Positions 6,672-13,852 of a stretch of DNA of 33,749 nucleotides are shown piece after piece. Under the pieces are notes generated by a model. That model worked only from the letters and a program-made list of their open reading frames with translations, did no database searches and was not told the DNA's origin. Origin of the DNA: a virus; the IMG/VR virus record IMGVR_UViG_3300029708_000027, positions 1 to 33,749 of that record; one strand, written 5' to 3'. The translations under genes and the position numbers were made by a program. Positions within the stretch are counted from its first letter, which is position 1. Each line of letters starts with the position of its first letter.

Positions 6672-6706
6672 AATCTTAAGTTTTTAAATTGTTATACTAT
6701 AAAAAC

Positions 6707-6734
6707 AACGGATGCTTTGTAAAGGTTCACCGTT
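6707..6734 (-). promoter_or_regulatory. GAACC-hairpin cassette, copy 2 (weaker stem)
   Basis: AAAGGTTCACCG at 6721..6732. Arms AACGG/CCGTT form 5 bp around an 18-nt loop. The hairpin lies 16 nt after the stop of 6751..6924 and is followed on the minus strand by GTTTTTATAGTAT. Confidence 0.35.
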
Positions 6735-6750
6735 ATTGCCTTATTAACTT

Positions 6751-6924
6751 TTATTTTGCTTCGTAGCCCTTGCCTGGCACGTAATGTACAAGGCCCTCCA
6801 TTTGGAGATATGCTATTTGTTTAGCTGCTTCGTTGTATTCGGTCTGTAGGTTCAGCGCATAAATAATATCGTTAAAACTAATAATACCGCTTTCTCTGAT
6901 AAGGTTTAAAATTGAAGTTCTCAT
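6751..6924 (-). CDS. Putative winged-helix DNA-binding protein, 57 aa (below the ORF-track cutoff)
   Basis: My translation: MRTSILNLIRESGIISFNDIIYALNLQTEYNEAAKQIAYLQMEGLVHYVPGKGYEAK. The pattern fits helix-turn-helix plus wing (L..L...G..S..DI...L......A...I..L..EGLV). It has a class I promoter and the conserved leader. Confidence 0.5.
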   Translation of the reverse strand: MRTSILNLIRESGIISFNDIIYALNLQTEYNEAAKQIAYLQMEGLVHYVPGKGYEAK

Positions 6925-6951
6925 AATCTTAAGTTTTTAAATTATTATTAT

Positions 6952-6997
6952 TTCCTTTTGACATTACAAATATACGGCAAATAATGATAGGTTGTAT
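6952..6997 (-). promoter_or_regulatory. Bacteroidota-type promoter, class I cassette, for 6751..6924 and downstream genes
   Basis: Minus strand reads ATACAACCTATCATTATTTGCCG-TATATTTG-TAATGTCAAAAGGAA, with the box at 6967..6974. It is 42/46 identical to 16660..16705. Confidence 0.6.
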
Positions 6998-7063
6998 ATT
7001 TCATTAACACCATTTAAGAAATAAATCTCATTTAGTTATTCTGTTAACTGTTAGTTAACATTT

Positions 7064-7081
7064 GGGGGCTATTACGCCCCC
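7064..7081 (-). terminator. GC-rich stem-loop just after the primase-helicase stop
   Basis: GGGGGC (7064..7069) and GCCCCC (7076..7081) with a 6-nt loop. No clean T-run follows on the minus strand. Flanked by two GTTAAC palindromes (7043, 7054). Confidence 0.3.
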
Positions 7082-7089
7082 CTCTGTTA

Positions 7090-9528
7090 TCACTCGTTAA
7101 CAATACGCTCAAACCCTCGTGCGCGTCCGATACCCATAACGGACTTGGCTTTTGCTGAACGCTGCCACCCTTGTACCTTAGACATGATAGCGGCTATTTC
7201 ACGACTCTCCTTTGCGGTTACGCGCCCTACCTCCATTTCGAACACATCTGTAGCGATTTGCATGGTAGACACGAAGTCCATCTTTTCCAGTGTAAAATCT
7301 TCCGGGTCTACCTTTGTCGCGTCGTATTCCCTAAAGTACATGCGTCGTTCGTTTACGTACATCCGCCTCCAATCTGTTGGCACAAGCATATTCAAATACT
7401 CCTCTACTGATGCAGTACGGGGGTCGGCTTCGTAATGTTCTTCACGCCCTTCCTCGGCAATCGCCTCGGCTTCACGGGATAACAGCGTACTCACTTTTCG
7501 GAAATACATTTGGACTGCCTCGGCCCAAAGCTGGTCTACATAATCGTCGAACCCCTTCTCAAAGATAAGGTGCGTATTGGCGTTCGCCTTAACCTTCACG
7601 GGCAAAAAGCGTCTGCCGCCCGTATCGTCCTTTAGAAATTCGTCCCGGTTGGTCGTACCTATAAAGACGCATTGCCGGGGGAAGTTCTTGGTAACGCGTC
7701 CGTATGCCGGTCTAAAGCTATCCTCTGTTTTAGAGATGAAATTTTTCACGCCCTCAACTTCTGAACGTCTCATCGCTGACAACTCGGCTACCTCCAATAT
7801 CCAATTACCTTGCAACTGTTCAAACGCGTCCTTACCGTCCATACTTGAAAGGCTATCGGAGAACCATTGCTTACCCAGCTTTTGGATGAATGTGCTCTTT
7901 CCTGCGCCCTGCTCGGACTGTAGAACTAACATGCTATCGAATTTGCACCCCTTTTGAAAGATACGCTTAACAGCTCCTACCATCATGATACGGAATGCCT
8001 CACGGGTGTATATGTTATCTTCTGCACCCATGATGTGAATTAAAGCCTTATCAACTCTTTCGATACTGTCCCATTTCAATTTTGTTAGGTATTCCTGCAC
8101 TGGGTGGAAAGAATTCATTTCTGCGGATAACGCTATAGCATCGTCAATCTTTGCCCTATTCGATATGCCATAAATATCCTCGATGTGTTTACGTACGCCC
8201 GAATAGTCCACATCCTGGAAGTCCAAAGAAGTATCTTTCGCGCGCCAAAGAGGTATGCGTGTAACAACCCGGCGTTCTTTGAATAGGTCTCGCGCGATAA
8301 GCCCCTTTAGGTTCGGGTCGTACTTCATTATCAGCCCTAAATTCTTTGCTGATGGTAGGTAAGTGCCGCGCTTATCGGTTTCGAGCTTTGCCATCGCGTC
8401 CTCATACGTTGTTGCTACATCTGTGTACGTCGCTTCCTCTACTTCTATAACGTCATCGAAGTCTTCCATAATCTCCCTGGCCTTAACTGCCAGCATCCGG
8501 GCACGTGCCGCGGCTACCTTTGCGTCCTTGTTTACCAGTTCGTTCATAGCCTCGGTAGAGTTCTTCCTATCCGCGCCCTTATCCAATTTGCCGAACTTGT
8601 GCACGCGTACAAGGTCGTAGGCGTTGAACACGTGGTTACCTTGGATAGGGTCGTTGTTGTGGAATGAATAGGCAAACGTATCATTAAAGGTAAGCATACC
8701 GCCCGAAGTAGAGCCACCCGTATAAGTCCATCTATCATCCTGCTCGGTAGGCTCGTAAACGTCTGATAGGTATTCCGCGATAACCTCGCTAATCGTGTAG
8801 GCTCTACAGAAGTCACCTACGATACCCTCCTTCAATGTGGGGTCTTGTTGTTCTTTAGCAAGCGTCCGGGCTTCGCCCTTCTCGTCCTTGTGGTATGCCC
8901 ATTCGGTAGTATCGCTCCAATCGTCGTACATGCCCAAATACTTCTGCACGTCCAAAGGGTTTTCATTAAATGCAGAGTAATCTATAAACTCATACTCTAC
9001 GTCTTTGGAAACCGACGGGAAAAACATGCAGCGCTCGGGCTGAAAGGTGGTGCGGTCGTACAAGTCGATACCCGTCAACTCGGCAACCTTTCGGGCGATG
9101 GCTTCGTATTGTTCCCCGTCCACTGGTTCGGACAACGGAATGATAACACGGTAACGGAGCGTGTTCGCTTTCGGGTTGTGCTTGTGCGTCCCGTGAATGA
9201 TACACGCGCAATTAATAACCGAGTAGAACGCTTCCGGGAAGTTCTTTTCCCCGTAGTCAATATCAAGCGCCAAAATAGAGCGTTCCCCGATATTGTTTTT
9301 GTTTCTACGGCTACCGAACAACTCACCCCCCATGAATGCGCCTACGTCTTTAATATTACCCTGCTCGGCTTTGCTCGCGCTTATAAACTCCCGGTACGTC
9401 TCATCCGTAACGGTTGCCTTCGCTAACTTCTCGGTCAACTCGTCCCATGAGTAGGAGCGGTTTTTCCATGAAGTAGATTTCGCGCTGCTTGCTGTAGCAA
9501 TTTTAAAAACCATTTTTCGTAAATCCAT
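7090..9528 (-). CDS. Bifunctional primase-polymerase (AEP-like N-terminus) / D5-VirE family helicase
   Basis: 812 aa. The N-terminus carries LALDIDYG (DxD) and IIHGTHKH. The C-terminus carries Walker A SEQGAGKSTF, Walker B-like WILEVAEL and FIGTTN. Located directly downstream of the polymerase gene. Confidence 0.85.
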   Translation of the reverse strand: MDLRKMVFKIATASSAKSTSWKNRSYSWDELTEKLAKATVTDETYREFISASKAEQGNIKDVGAFMGGELFGSRRNKNNIGERSILALDIDYGEKNFPEAFYSVINCACIIHGTHKHNPKANTLRYRVIIPLSEPVDGEQYEAIARKVAELTGIDLYDRTTFQPERCMFFPSVSKDVEYEFIDYSAFNENPLDVQKYLGMYDDWSDTTEWAYHKDEKGEARTLAKEQQDPTLKEGIVGDFCRAYTISEVIAEYLSDVYEPTEQDDRWTYTGGSTSGGMLTFNDTFAYSFHNNDPIQGNHVFNAYDLVRVHKFGKLDKGADRKNSTEAMNELVNKDAKVAAARARMLAVKAREIMEDFDDVIEVEEATYTDVATTYEDAMAKLETDKRGTYLPSAKNLGLIMKYDPNLKGLIARDLFKERRVVTRIPLWRAKDTSLDFQDVDYSGVRKHIEDIYGISNRAKIDDAIALSAEMNSFHPVQEYLTKLKWDSIERVDKALIHIMGAEDNIYTREAFRIMMVGAVKRIFQKGCKFDSMLVLQSEQGAGKSTFIQKLGKQWFSDSLSSMDGKDAFEQLQGNWILEVAELSAMRRSEVEGVKNFISKTEDSFRPAYGRVTKNFPRQCVFIGTTNRDEFLKDDTGGRRFLPVKVKANANTHLIFEKGFDDYVDQLWAEAVQMYFRKVSTLLSREAEAIAEEGREEHYEADPRTASVEEYLNMLVPTDWRRMYVNERRMYFREYDATKVDPEDFTLEKMDFVSTMQIATDVFEMEVGRVTAKESREIAAIMSKVQGWQRSAKAKSVMGIGRARGFERIVNE

Positions 9529-9532
9529 AATT

Positions 9533-11551
9533 TTAATCTTTTTTGTAATATTCGGTAATATAACCTGCTGCTCTTAATGGTATGCCCTTTGCCCAACTCG
9601 GGGCATTGCACATGGCATCACTCATTATTTGCAGCGTCTTTTCTTCGTTCCCGTCCTTCGGAATCTCGGCGGCTATCTCATCGTGAACATGCAACACGAT
9701 ATTAAAGCCTAAATCAAAAACCTTGAAAATCGCATTCGCCAGCAAGTCACGGGCTATCGCCTGCACAACGTTCTCGGTTAGCTTGCCGCCGTAGGTGTTT
9801 AGCTTAACCCATTTCCCGGAGGTTTGGTCTTGACCCATGTAAGAGATATCCTCAACTTCAAATGGGCCGTTAACGCCTTCTATGGTGCGCCTCCCCATTC
9901 TTGCAGACGGATAGAATAGCTTTCTACCGCTCGGTAGTTCGATAGTCATTGCGCCGCTCTCATATCGAAAAATAATACTCGAAACATCGTTTATCCTATA
10001 AACTTGTTCGCGTCTCGTTCCGATACATCTTTTGGCGCAATCCTCAAGCGAACGCCACAAAGATACTACTTTTTTATTAGCTTCTCTCCATTTTGACAAT
10101 ATTTGAGGTTTTTCTTCGTCTTTTAACGCTTTCTTAATATCCATTGTAGTAAGTGCGTTAACGCCGCCACCGTACCCTAATGCAAGTTCCGCAACCTTCC
10201 CTCGCTGCCTTAAGTCATCGCCCTTGTGTACCGGGACACCGAACATTTTAGAGGCGGAAGCGCAATAAATATCCGCTTTCGGGTCGTTAAATAAGTCTAA
10301 ACGCCATTGTTCATTAGCAACCCATGCGATTACTCGGGCTTCAATAGCCGAAAAGTCAGCCACAGAGAACGTGTACCCCTCGGGGGCAATAAACGCGGTA
10401 CGTATAAGCTGCGATAGTATATGCGTAGGTTTGTCGTATATAACTTCCATCATATCGAGGTCGTGCAGCTTTGCCAGGTCTCGCGCCCCGTCCAGGTCTT
10501 CGATGTGGTTTTGCGGTAGGTTCTGTAATTGAACCAAGCGCCCGGCCCATCGCCCGGTACGGTTCGCACCATAGTAACGGAACAAGCCCCTAATACGGTT
10601 GCCTCTCCCGGCGCTTGCCAGTATGGCGGTGTACTTGGCATTCGACGTTTTGCCTATCTCCCTACGAAGGTCGATAACGTCTAACACTGCTTGCTTATCC
10701 TCGTCAGTAACGTTTTTAAGGCCCGCTATGGTCTTTATCACCCCCTCGATGTTAGTCTTATTGAGTGAGTCGATAACCACGCCTGTACGCTCTTTAATGA
10801 AGTCTTTTAACTGTGGCATGGACTTTAGAGAGCTTAGCCCAAATTCCTTTTCAGCTTTCTCGGTAAGACGCGCTTTATATTCTTCGTCCATATCTTGCGC
10901 GGCGTGTGCTAAATCAAGGTCTGCCAATATGCCGTAATCGTTTATTCGTTGGTCAGCTGCATAAATTCGCTGCTCTTCTTCCGGGAATTCAAACCGGGAC
11001 AACTTACCGAATATTTCCTTTTCTGAAAGCACATCATAACGTAGGTAGTCGATGAACTCCTCCCAGTCCTCGGGGGCGTGTTCCGGTAAATTACGTGTGC
11101 GCCCTCCGTTTGTTTTGGTAGGCTTGCACGGAATTGAAAAATAACGGATAAGGTTTTTGCCCGTGCCTTTCTTCTTATCGTCAAGGTTCAGAATATTGGA
11201 TACCTCTTCCAATGATGCCGGCATACCACAATACAATGACATGTTAGCCGTACAGAAAAAACGCATGGGACTGATATCAAACCCATATTCACGCAAACAG
11301 ATGCGCTCAAATGTAGCGTTGTGCGCTACTATTATAACGTCCTCGTTGTTCTGTACATACGTGAACAACTCGTTGAACTCGTACAGTCCTTGGGGCTTTG
11401 TTAGGTCGATAATTGAAACGTCCGTATCGGTGTCCCACATGAATCCGCAAAGGAGTATCTCGAAATTCTCGTCCTCACAGTATTTATAGTTACCAGCGCT
11501 TTTAATGTCCGTTTCGGAATACGTTTCAAAGTCAATAAACAGATGTCTCAT
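9533..11551 (-). CDS. Family A DNA polymerase with 3'-5' exonuclease domain
   Basis: Exo I FIDFETYS, Exo II VAHNATFE, Exo III YLRYDV. Pol motif A VADFSAIEARVIAW, motif B RQRGKVAELALGYGGG, motif C VLHVHDEI. Confidence 0.92.
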   Translation of the reverse strand: MRHLFIDFETYSETDIKSAGNYKYCEDENFEILLCGFMWDTDTDVSIIDLTKPQGLYEFNELFTYVQNNEDVIIVAHNATFERICLREYGFDISPMRFFCTANMSLYCGMPASLEEVSNILNLDDKKKGTGKNLIRYFSIPCKPTKTNGGRTRNLPEHAPEDWEEFIDYLRYDVLSEKEIFGKLSRFEFPEEEQRIYAADQRINDYGILADLDLAHAAQDMDEEYKARLTEKAEKEFGLSSLKSMPQLKDFIKERTGVVIDSLNKTNIEGVIKTIAGLKNVTDEDKQAVLDVIDLRREIGKTSNAKYTAILASAGRGNRIRGLFRYYGANRTGRWAGRLVQLQNLPQNHIEDLDGARDLAKLHDLDMMEVIYDKPTHILSQLIRTAFIAPEGYTFSVADFSAIEARVIAWVANEQWRLDLFNDPKADIYCASASKMFGVPVHKGDDLRQRGKVAELALGYGGGVNALTTMDIKKALKDEEKPQILSKWREANKKVVSLWRSLEDCAKRCIGTRREQVYRINDVSSIIFRYESGAMTIELPSGRKLFYPSARMGRRTIEGVNGPFEVEDISYMGQDQTSGKWVKLNTYGGKLTENVVQAIARDLLANAIFKVFDLGFNIVLHVHDEIAAEIPKDGNEEKTLQIMSDAMCNAPSWAKGIPLRAAGYITEYYKKD

Positions 11552-11587
11552 AACTCATTGTTTTAATTGTTAATACTATTATAACGG

Positions 11588-11595
11588 CAAAGGTA
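11588..11595 (-). promoter_or_regulatory. Bacteroidota-type -7 box (TACCTTTG) upstream of the polymerase gene
   Basis: Box lies 36 nt upstream of the ATG at 11551, immediately after the 11622..11662 terminator hairpin. Confidence 0.45.
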
Positions 11596-11621
11596 CGACA
11601 ATGTTTTTAATAAACAAGAAG

Positions 11622-11662
11622 AAAGGCTACTAATTGCATTTATTTAACAATTAGTAGCCTTT
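11622..11662 (-). terminator. Stem-loop terminator after the metallophosphoesterase gene
   Basis: Perfect 15-bp stem AAAGGCTACTAATTG (11622..11636) / CAATTAGTAGCCTTT (11648..11662) with an 11-nt loop. On the minus strand it is followed by CTTCTTGTTTATT. Confidence 0.6.
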
Positions 11663-11666
11663 TAAC

Positions 11667-12767
11667 TTAATCGGCAAAAATAGGTGAGTAGAAAATAAAT
11701 CCTCTCTTTTCATTCAGAATTACGTATGTCTGCTGAGGTTCTTCGTATGCCAGCCCGTGCCCCATTGCGAACGCGTCGAAGCCCTTCAAAGAGCCGTTAA
11801 CACAAACCTCTTTAGTATATACCATTTGGTGATAATGTCCTATAAAGGCTTTATCAATTTGTATTGTTTGGTTCATCTTTGCGTACCAGCGCATCATCGA
11901 CGGGTAAATACCCCCGATACCCCCAGCCGTGCGGAATTGATGCCCGTGTGCAAATAACACTTTCTTTCCGTACACGTCTATGTATGCAAATTCACTTTCC
12001 GGGATAATGAAACTGAATTTTGTCAGCCCCATAAGTGTTAATGTATGCTCTATGTTCTTGTACATAAAATATTCATAATTCATCTCGAAACCGTTGCTAA
12101 ACTGCACCTTTTTTGTAGTTCTTGAGTGATTGCCACAGATACCGATGACGGTTATCTTTTCGAGTTCCGGCAGTTGGTCATGCAAATACTTAAGCCCGGA
12201 AATAATTAGGTTCTTAACAAAGTTAACGCCTCGCATAGGTGACATGCTATTTGTTTGCTCGAGTTCGGGGTGTATGTAGCCGCCTATCATATCGCCAATC
12301 AAACCGATAACAAGGTTATCTACGGGCTTTTTCTTTATCATGTACGCGGCATTTGCAAAGAAATTAGTGATACGCTTTTCTGCGATGTCCTTGTTATACT
12401 CGTTTTTGCCCAACACTGTAGAGGCTTTTACTACTTCGTCGGCGTGCCAATCCGAAGCAATAAGAAAGCCCGTATTACCCTCGTCAAGTGATGTCTTTTT
12501 CTTCGGTGTGATGTCTACCAGTTCGACGGGCGGCGCGTCCTTCTTCAAACCGATAATACCCTTTAATTCTTCTTCGTTGTAATAGCTTTTAAGCTCCTCT
12601 ATCAAGGGGTCTACCTCAACAATGGGTTGTTGTACCGCTACAACTGCTTTGCCCTCACGGGCAGCCCAGTATGCCTTGTTTACCTTATTATATTTTTTCA
12701 ACGGTTTTCCCGTTACCTTTGAAATTCTAACACCTTCTGCGTTTACGTATGAATCGTATTTTCCCAT
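11667..12767 (-). CDS. Calcineurin-like metallophosphoesterase with an N-terminal extension of about 100 aa
   Basis: Metallophosphatase motifs in order: ASDWHAD, GDMIGG, CGNHS, FAHGHQF, IGHYHQ. Confidence 0.8.
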   Translation of the reverse strand: MGKYDSYVNAEGVRISKVTGKPLKKYNKVNKAYWAAREGKAVVAVQQPIVEVDPLIEELKSYYNEEELKGIIGLKKDAPPVELVDITPKKKTSLDEGNTGFLIASDWHADEVVKASTVLGKNEYNKDIAEKRITNFFANAAYMIKKKPVDNLVIGLIGDMIGGYIHPELEQTNSMSPMRGVNFVKNLIISGLKYLHDQLPELEKITVIGICGNHSRTTKKVQFSNGFEMNYEYFMYKNIEHTLTLMGLTKFSFIIPESEFAYIDVYGKKVLFAHGHQFRTAGGIGGIYPSMMRWYAKMNQTIQIDKAFIGHYHQMVYTKEVCVNGSLKGFDAFAMGHGLAYEEPQQTYVILNEKRGFIFYSPIFAD

Positions 12768-12784
12768 TTTTGCTTTTTATTTTT

Positions 12785-12803
12785 GGGCGGCATTACACCG
12801 CCC
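12785..12803 (-). other. GC-rich stem-loop after the SSB-like gene
   Basis: GGGCGG (12785..12790) and CCGCCC (12798..12803) with loop CATTACA. On the minus strand it is followed by an A-run rather than a T-run, so it is not a canonical terminator. Confidence 0.3.
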
Positions 12804-12830
12804 CGGGTATTAATCTGTTTAATTGGATTG

Positions 12831-13370
12831 TTAGTTAAATAAATCGTCATTCTCGTCTTCAAAGTCGAAATCGTCAATGCTCGTACCGCCGTCCAGTCTT
12901 TCATCGTCTCTCGTCTTCTGCACACCGTTCAAGCCTACGCCGATACCGTACTTCCCGGTAAACTCGTAGGGGTAGAATGATACGGCTACGTTGCCCCAAG
13001 AACCGCTATAAACCTCGTTCGGGTCTGTGATGTACTGTTTCTTACCGTCGATTACAATAGGCGCGCCCTGCTTCTCTTTACGCTTTGCGTTGATAAAGTA
13101 GCAACCTTGATACTCTGCGCCGTCTTTTTCTTCGTCCCCGTCTCTTAATGGGTTCGTCCATACCTTCGGGTCTTTACCGTTCAGTTTCGGGTAACGGGCT
13201 TTCAACCCCCTAAATTCCTGTTCTATAGCTTCCTTAATCTTTGGGACTTCCGGGCTATCTTTCGGAATCAATAAGCATACACTGTAACTTGCTTCTCCTT
13301 GTCCGTTGACCTGTTGCGCTTCAAACAATCTAACATAACTCAATCTCACGTTCTTAATCATTGCTTTCAT
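12831..13370 (-). CDS. DUF2815-type single-stranded DNA-binding protein
   Basis: 179 aa. It sits between the DUF2800 nuclease and the polymerase, as in the known module. The acidic C-terminal tail DDFDFEDENDDLFN is typical of SSBs. Confidence 0.7.
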   Translation of the reverse strand: MKAMIKNVRLSYVRLFEAQQVNGQGEASYSVCLLIPKDSPEVPKIKEAIEQEFRGLKARYPKLNGKDPKVWTNPLRDGDEEKDGAEYQGCYFINAKRKEKQGAPIVIDGKKQYITDPNEVYSGSWGNVAVSFYPYEFTGKYGIGVGLNGVQKTRDDERLDGGTSIDDFDFEDENDDLFN

Positions 13371-13433
13371 ATTCTACAATTTTTGTTTTTGCCCTCTAAT
13401 CGGTTCGGGCGTTCCGTTTTTAATTTGATGTTG

Positions 13434-13465
13434 CAAAGATAACAAATAAATCAATAGGTTGTTTA
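13434..13465 (-). promoter_or_regulatory. Bacteroidota-type promoter, class I-like, for the SSB-like gene
   Basis: Minus strand reads AAACAACCTATTGATTTATTTGT-TATCTTTG, with the box at 13434..13441 and a 63-nt leader. GTTAAC at 13470. Confidence 0.5.
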
Positions 13466-13470
13466 CTCTG

Positions 13471-13779
13471 TTAACCTTGTTTAACTTTAAAAGTTTTTGG
13501 TGCTATTGAAATAGCATAATCTAAATCTTTTTGGTCTGCCCACCGTACGGTATACCTCTGTTCATCTTTGTAGTATGCACCAGAGCTATACCGGTCTAGC
13601 TTTCTAATAGCTTTAATCTCGTCCATGCTGAATTCCTTTAGAGCTACTAAAAGTTTTTGCATGTCTGTGGAGGTTCTTTCAAGTTCTTTTTTAGTCCATG
13701 TGCGGAATTGATTTTTGTTCCGAAACTTTGTTCTTTCTTGAATCCCTTTCTCTGTTAGAATACCATTGTTACTTTTCAT
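13471..13779 (-). CDS. Hypothetical protein
   Basis: 102-aa basic ORF. The ATG sits exactly 26 nt downstream of a TATATTTG box. Confidence 0.65.
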   Translation of the reverse strand: MKSNNGILTEKGIQERTKFRNKNQFRTWTKKELERTSTDMQKLLVALKEFSMDEIKAIRKLDRYSSGAYYKDEQRYTVRWADQKDLDYAISIAPKTFKVKQG

Positions 13780-13805
13780 ATCGTTTTGTTTTTAAATTGA
13801 TAGTG

Positions 13806-13847
13806 CAAATATAACGCTTTATCTGGTGGGTTGGTTCTTTCGTTAAC
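13806..13847 (-). promoter_or_regulatory. Bacteroidota-type promoter, class II cassette, for 13471..13779
   Basis: Minus strand reads GTTAACGAAAGAACCAAC-N19-TATATTTG-N26-ATG, with the box at 13806..13813 and GTTAAC at 13842..13847. Confidence 0.6.
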
Positions 13848-13852
13848 TTCTT

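Noticed and set aside
8544-10641. Same-strand alternative-frame ORFs inside the primase and polymerase genes (8544..8816, 8990..9211, 9075..9326, 10356..10550, 10450..10641).
   Set aside because: They are embedded in genes whose annotated frames carry complete catalytic motif sets. Their translations are Arg/Thr/Pro-rich, as expected for off-frame reading of GC-richer coding DNA.
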